This document shows, in pieces, positions 57,141 through 64,000 of a stretch of 64,000 nt of DNA (positions within the stretch are counted from its first letter, which is position 1; every line of letters starts with the position of its first letter). The stretch comes from a virus: positions 73,723 through 137,722 of IMG/VR virus record IMGVR_UViG_3300025073_000027, one strand, 5' to 3'. The translations under genes were made by a program, and so were the position numbers. A model generated the notes under the pieces. That model saw only the letters and a list, made by a program, of their open reading frames with translations, searched no databases and had not been told where the DNA came from.

Positions 57141-57494
57141 TTATTTGGTTAACATCTCTCGTAAATAGTTTATAAAATCTTCGTAATCCATATATTTGAC
57201 TAATGCATCTAATGAAACACCACCAACTACCTTAACTTCTGCACTTATGTCAATGATTTTATAATCTTTACCATCTAATCCATAATAATTTTCTTCCCAT
57301 CTAAGGTCATATGGAAATTTTTCACCACGATATTTTTCTAATTTCAATACTTGCATTTGTGCTGAATGAGGTGTTTCAGCCACAAAAATACGATCTAGAC
57401 TATGATAAATTTCAAATACTTCTATTTTCTTTTTACGCCAACCTTTTTTTAATTGTATTTTATAAACAATTTCTGCTTTATATAATTTTTTCAT
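57141..57494 (-). CDS. Hypothetical protein
   Basis: AGGAG RBS. Confidence 0.6.
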   Translation of the reverse strand: MKKLYKAEIVYKIQLKKGWRKKKIEVFEIYHSLDRIFVAETPHSAQMQVLKLEKYRGEKFPYDLRWEENYYGLDGKDYKIIDISAEVKVVGGVSLDALVKYMDYEDFINYLREMLTK

Positions 57495-57503
57495 ATTTCT
57501 CCT

Positions 57504-57827
57504 TTATAAAAACAATGTAACGATCCAACCAACACCCACAAATAATAATGGGGCAATAAATGCTGCTCCAAATCCTTCTCCTATAATCTCAACCCAATCC
57601 TTATTTTTACTTTGATTGTTGGCTGTAGTATTTTTAAACATTCCAACAATTAAGCTAATTCCAATAGCAAACGTAATAGTTAATTCAGGTAAACCAAATA
57701 AGGGAACAATAAACCAACTCCATAGGATTTTCAAAGCCCAACCATGAATAATTGGACCGCCAATCATTAAAATAAATAAATATATCCATATACCGAGGCA
57801 AGCCAACGTCTTATTATCCTTATCCAT
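57504..57827 (-). CDS. Membrane protein
   Basis: Multiple hydrophobic helices; 'LW.WF.VP.FGLP.L....AIG'. Confidence 0.7.
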   Translation of the reverse strand: MDKDNKTLACLGIWIYLFILMIGGPIIHGWALKILWSWFIVPLFGLPELTITFAIGISLIVGMFKNTTANNQSKNKDWVEIIGEGFGAAFIAPLLFVGVGWIVTLFL

Positions 57828-57865
57828 TTTATTAATTCTCCTTTTCAGATAAAATCTTGTTTTTA

Positions 57866-58480
57866 TTATAATTCTTTATCCCAATCTTTATTTATTTTTC
57901 CACTTGCCCTATAAGAAGTAGTTGTACTACTAACCGTATCATAAAGATTCTGAGTACCAATAGGAGTAGCAGTATAACTAGCAGCCGCGCTAATACCATA
58001 ACTTCCAGCCACAGAAATAGCATCCATATTTGCACCTAGAAAAATAAATTGCCAATTATATTTATCTGTTTGATGTTCAATCATTTCCTTAATTACATCT
58101 TGAGTAAATTCTTTACTGGAATTTTCATAGCCATCTGTTGTAATAACAAAAATAATTTTTGAGGGACAATCATTTTCCTTTATATTATTGAGTCTTTCAC
58201 CAACTATATTAATTGTTTTACCAATAGCATCCAATAAAGCGGTCATACCTCGCGCATAATATTCTTTCACGGTTAAATCTTCTATATCCTTTAAATCAAT
58301 ACCATTATGTAAAATTTCATAACGATCATCAAAAAGAACAGTTGTTAACTTAGCTTCTCCAGGCTCTTGTTTTTGCGTTTCTATAAACGAATTAAAGCCC
58401 CCTATTGTATCCTGAGTTAAATCCCTCATTGATCCACTTCGATCTAAGACAAAAATAATTTCAGTTAAATTGTCATTCAT
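57866..58480 (-). CDS. von Willebrand factor A domain protein
   Basis: MIDAS 'DRSGSM', 'T.L.DAIG', 'TDG.ENSS', 'W.F.FLGAN'. Confidence 0.9.
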   Translation of the reverse strand: MNDNLTEIIFVLDRSGSMRDLTQDTIGGFNSFIETQKQEPGEAKLTTVLFDDRYEILHNGIDLKDIEDLTVKEYYARGMTALLDAIGKTINIVGERLNNIKENDCPSKIIFVITTDGYENSSKEFTQDVIKEMIEHQTDKYNWQFIFLGANMDAISVAGSYGISAAASYTATPIGTQNLYDTVSSTTTSYRASGKINKDWDKEL

Positions 58481-58803
58481 TATATATTTTCTCCTTTTGT
58501 ATTTTCTTTTATATTATTAATATATTCTAAAAATATTTCATCTCTTTCTTTAATGCCCTCTACCAATCCAGTAATAATTTCGTGAGCATCATTAATACCA
58601 TCTGAAATTTTATTCCAGTTATGCGCAATACTTTCATATTCATCACTATTTATAAGATATTCTTGCATTTGTAAAAGTAGTTTATTCGAATGCTCAATAA
58701 TAGATTTATGAATAAAATTATATCTCGTTAATTGTGTTCGTGTTACTTCGCCAGAATCATTATATTTTGTTAAAGTATTATGCAATATTTCTTCTTCGTC
58801 CAT
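58480..58803 (-). CDS. Hypothetical protein
   Basis: Stop overlaps the vWA start. Confidence 0.55.
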   Translation of the reverse strand: MDEEEILHNTLTKYNDSGEVTRTQLTRYNFIHKSIIEHSNKLLLQMQEYLINSDEYESIAHNWNKISDGINDAHEIITGLVEGIKERDEIFLEYINNIKENTKGENI

Positions 58804-58820
58804 AATGAAATTCCTTTTTA

Positions 58821-59063
58821 TTATTCCGTTGGCCTTAATTCTACTATTAATTCATATTTATTATTATTTTCTTCTAGCCATTCACTTGCATATCTTTGAT
58901 CATCAAAAACAAATAAATAAAAATAAGATCCGTTTCGTGCAAAATAAACAGGACATTTATAAATATATCCCATAACTTCAATTCGCCCATAGTCTTCATC
59001 TATATTTAAATAAGCATCACCGCCATCTTTAGATTGTAATTGATGAACCGTTACCTGTGCCAT
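58821..59063 (-). CDS. Hypothetical protein
   Basis: ORF track; coupled to the upstream gene. Confidence 0.55.
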   Translation of the reverse strand: MAQVTVHQLQSKDGGDAYLNIDEDYGRIEVMGYIYKCPVYFARNGSYFYLFVFDDQRYASEWLEENNNKYELIVELRPTE

Positions 59064-59353
59064 TAATTTTCTTTTTCTCCTTCCACAAACATTTCTTTAT
59101 CATTATCATAATGTAACACATCTCTTTGGAATGCCTTTTTATAAAGTTGCCAACTTCTTGTTAATTCTATAAAATTTACACCAGTTGGAGATACAGGATT
59201 TTTTGTAAATCCATCAGGAGGATCATGAAGTTTAGGATAATAAATTTCATGTATAGCATATAAATGCCAAACTTTTTCTGAATCTGGATTATTTCTGAGA
59301 TATTTAGGGTTATGTGTTCCAAATTGATGAACTATCCTGTAGTTCCAAGACAT
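59063..59353 (-). CDS. Conserved phage hypothetical protein
   Basis: 'MSWNYRI...Y.IHE.YY' pattern. Confidence 0.65.
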   Translation of the reverse strand: MSWNYRIVHQFGTHNPKYLRNNPDSEKVWHLYAIHEIYYPKLHDPPDGFTKNPVSPTGVNFIELTRSWQLYKKAFQRDVLHYDNDKEMFVEGEKEN

Positions 59354-59372
59354 ATTATTATCTCCTATAAAA

Positions 59373-59672
59373 CTATTGTTTTATGTTTTTACATATTTCA
59401 CAATCACAATCATTTATAAATAATTCAGGTATTAAATATTCGCCATCAATATCTAAATATAGAAAATCGGCATTTTTAGAATTTTCATAAGTAATTGGTA
59501 AATTATCTAATCCTCGAATACGTTTTGTTCTAATTTCTGTCCAATAATCAGAATCAGACATCCAAGGATCGGGTTGTACTCGCATAAATCGACTTTTTGC
59601 TTGTCCTCTGGTTTTACCATGTATTAATGTACACCATTCAGAATTTAAAAATTCAATTCTATATGCTTTCAT
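59373..59672 (-). CDS. Hypothetical phage protein
   Basis: 'MKAY.......T.GQAK'; last codons read through the site at 59367. Confidence 0.6.
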   Translation of the reverse strand: MKAYRIEFLNSEWCTLIHGKTRGQAKSRFMRVQPDPWMSDSDYWTEIRTKRIRGLDNLPITYENSKNADFLYLDIDGEYLIPELFINDCDCEICKNIKQ

Positions 59673-59676
59673 AACA

Positions 59677-59898
59677 TTAATTTAATCTACCCGACATTTT
59701 CATTATATTATTTATTGTATATTTTTCACCTTCTTCAGTAAGTGAATATAATATTTCACCATCTATATCTTTCATAGTTTTAATATATCCCAAATCCATT
59801 AATTCTTGCAAATAAAATAAAACTTCTTCTTTAGAAACACTATAACTATTTAAATCTAAATTAACATAAATTTCATTATCATCTACGTTATTATCCAT
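59677..59898 (-). CDS. Small winged-helix-like protein
   Basis: 'L.EL...GYI.......Y.LTEEG'. Confidence 0.55.
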   Translation of the reverse strand: MDNNVDDNEIYVNLDLNSYSVSKEEVLFYLQELMDLGYIKTMKDIDGEILYSLTEEGEKYTINNIMKMSGRLN

Positions 59899-60102
59899 TA
59901 TTATGTTTTTGTCCTTTTATCTACTGATTTTTTTATTTTAATGGTTTCATCTAATATTTCATCCATTGTAATTATTACATAATAGGACATAATAATTATA
60001 AATCCAAGAATACCAGCACCTATACCAATTAATAAATATTGAGTTATTTCTGATTGTGCCTGAATTACACTTAACATATTATCTCCTTATAAAACATTCA
60101 TT

Positions 60103-60375
60103 TTATTGTATTATTTTTGATTGCTCATAATGAATAGGAATATATCTTTTATAAATACTTTGAAATTCTTCATCTTTATCTAACTCTAAAAATCCAGCAG
60201 TTACTAATAAATCCAATGTTTCTTTTATATCATCTGGTGACACTACAGATCCAGATGATGGATGATTTTTTATAAATTTTTGCACAACCCCTGTTGATAC
60301 CTGCCCATCGGTTTCTAAAGCCATTCCAACAAATACGGCAATGTGCATTTTATCCATAATTAATTTCTCGCACAA
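60103..60375 (-). CDS. Small winged-helix-like protein
   Basis: 'I...LD.LV.AG.L'; stop inside the site at 60089. Confidence 0.5.
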   Translation of the reverse strand: MCEKLIMDKMHIAVFVGMALETDGQVSTGVVQKFIKNHPSSGSVVSPDDIKETLDLLVTAGFLELDKDEEFQSIYKRYIPIHYEQSKIIQ

Positions 60376-60578
60376 TTAAGGCAATATGGATCACAATGTA
60401 TTGTAATTATTTTTTCAGGGGGGAATTCTCTACCACAACAAAAACACGGTATTAATTTTGATTCTTGAAATAATTTAATTTTTAATTCATTTTCTGTTGT
60501 TACATTAAAATTTCTAAACAGAGAATTAATACGACCTTCAAAAACATCATAATCATCTAGCTTTATTTTATTACACAT
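60360..60578 (-). CDS. Small zinc-finger protein
   Basis: CxxC...CxxC; AAGGAG RBS. Confidence 0.55.
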   Translation of the reverse strand: MCNKIKLDDYDVFEGRINSLFRNFNVTTENELKIKLFQESKLIPCFCCGREFPPEKIITIHCDPYCLNCARN

Positions 60579-60618
60579 ATTATCTCCTTATTTTTATATA
60601 TTATTAATTATTTTGTAA

Positions 60619-60647
60619 ATATTATCACAATTATGTAAATTTGTCAA
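60619..60647 (-). promoter_or_regulatory. sigma70/sigmaA-type promoter with extended -10
   Basis: TTGACAAATTTACATAATTGTGATAATAT. Confidence 0.8.
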
Positions 60648-60653
60648 GGGTGA

Positions 60654-61484
60654 TTATTCTGATTTTACATCTTCTTCAATTTGTTTAAAACTAAACATTT
60701 CTGGTAAACCTCTTGATTTTAAAACAGAATTCATGGCTTTGCAAGTCCAAACTTTATCGTGTGCAGTTTCCCAATATCGCTCATAAATTATTGGTAAAAG
60801 AGTGGTAAACAAATTATCGGGTGTGCTAGACATAGATGTACCATCTAAATCATTTCGCCACGTAAATTCACAAGTGGGAATTGGAATATGTAACATTGGA
60901 TATTTACGGGAAATTTTTATCCACGCATCCCAATCTTCATACCTGGATAATGTCGAATCAAATAATCCAATTTCTTCAATAGATTTCCGACTAAAACCTA
61001 CCGATTCTACCGGAGTAATATTTTGTACCAATATTAAATCGAAATTAAAATCAATATCGTAAGGAATATCCTTGGCTACAGATTGATAAATTCCATTTTT
61101 ATCTTTTTGCATAATATTACGTATAGCATTCGTATAAACTATTTCATAATTTAATTCTGTTAGATATCTTACTAAAAATTCCAAATGCCATTTACCCAAT
61201 ACATCATCGTCATCTAAACATGTTAAAAATTGACTATTTAAATTCTTAATCCCCGTATTTCTAGCTTGGCTCAATCCTAAACTTATATCATGTTGAAAAT
61301 AATAAATTCGAGGATCATTAAATTCATTAATAATATGTTCCACATTCTCTCCACCATCATTTGTTACAGCAATATAGAAATTTTGAAAGGTCTGATTTAT
61401 TACAGATTGAATAGCTTTACGTAATAAATTGGGACGATTTTTAGTAGCAATAATTATATCTATCGAAACATTTTTATTTTTCAT
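60654..61484 (-). CDS. Glycosyltransferase family 2
   Basis: 'III.T.NR..LL..AI.SV..QT', 'NDGG', 'ARN.G', 'LDDDD', 'EDWD.W'. Confidence 0.9.
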   Translation of the reverse strand: MKNKNVSIDIIIATKNRPNLLRKAIQSVINQTFQNFYIAVTNDGGENVEHIINEFNDPRIYYFQHDISLGLSQARNTGIKNLNSQFLTCLDDDDVLGKWHLEFLVRYLTELNYEIVYTNAIRNIMQKDKNGIYQSVAKDIPYDIDFNFDLILVQNITPVESVGFSRKSIEEIGLFDSTLSRYEDWDAWIKISRKYPMLHIPIPTCEFTWRNDLDGTSMSSTPDNLFTTLLPIIYERYWETAHDKVWTCKAMNSVLKSRGLPEMFSFKQIEEDVKSE

Positions 61485-62566
61485 AATATTAATTTCCTAA
61501 TTGATTTATAACCCTTGCCTCTTTTAAATATTGGTCTTTTAACGTTTTTCCATCCTGTTCCTGTGGCTATTCTATTAATGGTGGTAGGAACAACTTTATA
61601 TAATTTAGCAATATCCGCATAGGTATAATCTTTTTGTATTAAATCAACAATTTCGTAAATTTTCTCCTCCGTTAATTTAGAAACAGGATGCTTACTGCCA
61701 CTTGGATGATATTCTCTTCCTTTTTTAATCATGTCATCAGAATTATCTTTAACCGTTCCTAAAAATAAATGATTTGGATTTACGCAACTAGGATTATCGC
61801 AATAATGTAAAACACATAAATTATTACCAATTACACCATGAGTTAATATAAAGGACACCCTATGCGCTCTTTGAATTTTTTTGTTAAAATAAATTGTTCC
61901 ATATCCTTTTTGATCTTTAGCTCCTCGCCATTCCCAACATTCACTAAATTCTTTTACATTAACTTTAGACCAAAAACGATTTAATTGTTTTTGATCAATC
62001 ACAAATTTTTTATCTTTTTTATTTATAGATAAATGTTGAGGGTTACAACATAGTTTATTTCCGCATTTATAATAAATTTTTTTTATTGATTTATAATCCT
62101 CATTATTTAATTTATAAACAAAATGACTGGCCGGAAACGATTTAATTTTTCCATTTTTGTCATAAGCGAAAAACAATCCATTGCCATTTCGAGAAACATC
62201 CCCTAACCAATTCCAGCATTCATCATCATTTCTAATATCAACTTTGTTCCAAAAATATTCTAAAAATTTTTGATCATTAAATTTATCGTTATCACTTCCA
62301 TTCATTCTTACTATAAATAAATGCTTCGGATTACAACATAAAACATTATTGCAAAGTTGTTTTATTGTTTTTCTTTTTATCTCTATTTTGTAATATATTT
62401 CATAAACAATCCTTTTAACACTATATATATTTGATTTTCCATTTTCATAATAACATACTATCGGAAGATTATTTCTTATTTTACCAATCCAATTCCAACA
62501 TTTATCTTCCGATGTTTTTTCTATATTATCCCAAACTTTATTTATTAATTCTTTATCAAATTCCAT
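61481..62566 (-). CDS. HNH homing endonuclease with three tandem HNH-like repeats
   Basis: 3x 'W.KV....CW.W.G...C.N..C.NP.HL'; only the third keeps 'AHR..VLHYCDNP.CVNP.HL..GT..DN..D'; C-terminal HTH. Confidence 0.8.
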   Translation of the reverse strand: MEFDKELINKVWDNIEKTSEDKCWNWIGKIRNNLPIVCYYENGKSNIYSVKRIVYEIYYKIEIKRKTIKQLCNNVLCCNPKHLFIVRMNGSDNDKFNDQKFLEYFWNKVDIRNDDECWNWLGDVSRNGNGLFFAYDKNGKIKSFPASHFVYKLNNEDYKSIKKIYYKCGNKLCCNPQHLSINKKDKKFVIDQKQLNRFWSKVNVKEFSECWEWRGAKDQKGYGTIYFNKKIQRAHRVSFILTHGVIGNNLCVLHYCDNPSCVNPNHLFLGTVKDNSDDMIKKGREYHPSGSKHPVSKLTEEKIYEIVDLIQKDYTYADIAKLYKVVPTTINRIATGTGWKNVKRPIFKRGKGYKSIRKLIL

Positions 62567-62570
62567 ATTA

Positions 62571-63413
62571 TTATTTGTAATTATTCTCCTTATTAAATAA
62601 ATCTACTAATATATGACACCCGTTGCTTACAAAACCATAAAATTTATCAGGATCAATTCTATATCCATTTATATATTTTTCTAAAAGAATATCGCTCTCA
62701 TATAATTTATTATTACCCACTCTATTTAATGGAGCAACCGTCTGAATTTTGTTCACCGGATTAGAAAATGCTACCGATTGATGATAATATAACATAAATG
62801 GTCTAATCTCCCTAAATACCATCGAATTATAGTCTAGAAGGGCTTCTAACTGATTTGGATTACTATAATCACCTCCAGATAGGATAGGATAAATATCTTG
62901 TGTCCTGTAGACACTGGACGATACTTCTAATGGATAAGCAAAATCATATTGAGCATTATTCCAAGAATAAAATAAAATACCACTTTTATTAGTTGAAAAA
63001 CTATGAGGAATTTCTTGATATTTATCTAAAGGATAACAATATTTTGTATTTGTCCCAAGTCGTAAAGAAAAACCCAATGCTGGCGGCAAATTATTTAAAG
63101 CATAAACAACTTTATTTTTTAAAATAAAATCTTGTGTAAAAATAGTGTCGTCTACACAAAATAGAATGTGATAATATTCATTTATAGAATTTAATAGATC
63201 TTGCTTAAAATTATTTTCTTTAATAAATTCAACACTAGGATGTTCTGCTTGTAATATTTTATATGATTGTTTATGCAATTCATCATACGTATAAATTACT
63301 TTGATATTTAAATAAGAAGAATCGACACAGCGATTATAAAAACTATTTAAACATAAATCAAGTTGCAAAGCACGATTTTTACTAAAAATCACCATGACTA
63401 TTTCTTTATTCAT
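62571..63413 (-). CDS. Putative GT-A glycosyltransferase
   Basis: 'IFSKNRA.QLD..L.S', 'F.VDD..F', 'FSLRLG', 'YP', 'NPN.LE'. Confidence 0.65.
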   Translation of the reverse strand: MNKEIVMVIFSKNRALQLDLCLNSFYNRCVDSSYLNIKVIYTYDELHKQSYKILQAEHPSVEFIKENNFKQDLLNSINEYYHILFCVDDTIFTQDFILKNKVVYALNNLPPALGFSLRLGTNTKYCYPLDKYQEIPHSFSTNKSGILFYSWNNAQYDFAYPLEVSSSVYRTQDIYPILSGGDYSNPNQLEALLDYNSMVFREIRPFMLYYHQSVAFSNPVNKIQTVAPLNRVGNNKLYESDILLEKYINGYRIDPDKFYGFVSNGCHILVDLFNKENNYK

Positions 63414-63459
63414 TATTTTTATCCTTATTTATTTTTATAATTTTTATAATTTTTACAAT

Positions 63460-63515
63460 AAAAATAAAGAAAAATTCCCTGCTCCCCCAAATGGGAACTT
63501 TTTTTATTTTTTTTT
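63460..63515 (-). terminator. Probable intrinsic terminator
   Basis: Minus strand GTTCCCATTTGGGGGAGCAGGGAAT followed by a T-rich tract. Confidence 0.5.
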
Positions 63516-63530
63516 GTTTATACCAATTTT

Positions 63531-63728
63531 TCAAATATAAACCAGTTCGCCCCCAAAAAAAGTACCCACGATTTCATCGTTATCTAATAAGTTATTAAAA
63601 AGCACAACTTTATATTGGCGATGAGAATTATTGTTCACTATGCAAATAATTTCATCTAAAGATAACGACCACTCGGCAGCAGTAATTTCAGCAATGCTTT
63701 TATTCATCTTATTTTTCTCCTTTATCAA
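63531..63728 (-). CDS. Hypothetical protein
   Basis: ORF track; probable start MNKS after AAGGAG. Confidence 0.5.
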   Translation of the reverse strand: MIKEKNKMNKSIAEITAAEWSLSLDEIICIVNNNSHRQYKVVLFNNLLDNDEIVGTFFGGELVYI

Positions 63729-63935
63729 TTAGATTTTAGTGAATAATCACCAAACTATAGAACGTATCGTCATTATATTTGTTACAGTAAAATATACCAA
63801 TATATTTATGCTTACAATTCTGAAAGGTATAATTAAAAAGTATGTGAAAAATTAAATAAATTTATAATTATTATCTCTATAGTTTTTAAATATTATTAAA
63901 ACATTATTTTTCATCACAAAAATTGAAGCAAACAC

Positions 63936-63964
63936 ATATTATCACATTATATTATTTTTGTCAA
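63936..63964 (-). promoter_or_regulatory. sigma70/sigmaA-type promoter with extended -10
   Basis: TTGACAAAAATAATATAATGTGATAATAT. Confidence 0.75.
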
Positions 63965-64000
63965 GATAAAACGTAAATTCCCCTAACTTTTTTATCTTGA

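Larger units (their letters stand above)
54595..60106. repeat. Second dispersed array of ATAAAA-N6-TTTYAT boundary sites
   Basis: Exact at 56589, 56818, 57849, 59367, 60089; TTTCAT variants at 54595 and 55435; N5 variant at 58805. Confidence 0.85.

Noticed and set aside
3295-61062. Short shadow ORFs in the track (e.g. 3295, 3505, 5416, 9454, 13129, 14553, 15408, 16693, 17323, 21442, 23233, 26306, 26845, 28544, 28959, 29785, 32847, 36853, 38761, 38783, 40062, 40900, 43146, 47510, 49866, 56048, 56483, 57311, 60802)
   Set aside because: They overlap well-supported genes in another frame or strand, or lie in AT-rich intergenic DNA, with no RBS or recognisable motifs.
1-64000. tRNA/rRNA genes and stop-codon reassignment
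   Set aside because: No cloverleaf or rRNA-like segment seen; long genes translate intact with the standard code, and TAA, TGA and TAG all appear as stops.

Overview
An AT-rich segment of a large tailed dsDNA phage with SPbeta-like gene order; no host chromosomal genes are apparent. 1-9.75 kb (+): end of the tape measure gene, Dit, Tal-like tail protein, baseplate and two paralogous fibre/adhesin genes, GH25 endolysin. The rest is almost all on the minus strand: nucleotide metabolism (MazG-like, NrdJ, dNMP kinase, 5'-nucleotidase, GuaC/IMPDH), a large serine recombinase (+), a solo TnpB, a dense run of small accessory ORFs, a replication module (RecD2, DNA polymerase, RecJ, primase, DnaB, AAA ATPase, SSB-like), a ~10 kb sugar-nucleotide/glycosyltransferase cluster, a Xer-like tyrosine recombinase, three DNA methyltransferases plus a Mom-like enzyme, and four homing endonucleases. 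Main observations: (1) about 30 copies (23 exact) of an 18-bp palindrome ATAAAA-N6-TTTTAT with a different spacer in each, sitting at gene boundaries and dividing the accessory genes into cassette-like units; this is a candidate integron/pdif-like cassette system, possibly driven by the tyrosine recombinase. (2) A polymerase that appears to be a family-B core fused to a DnaE-type C-terminus. (3) A large phage glycosylation cluster alongside SGS-rich tail proteins. All assignments come from motif recognition by eye; no database searches were run.
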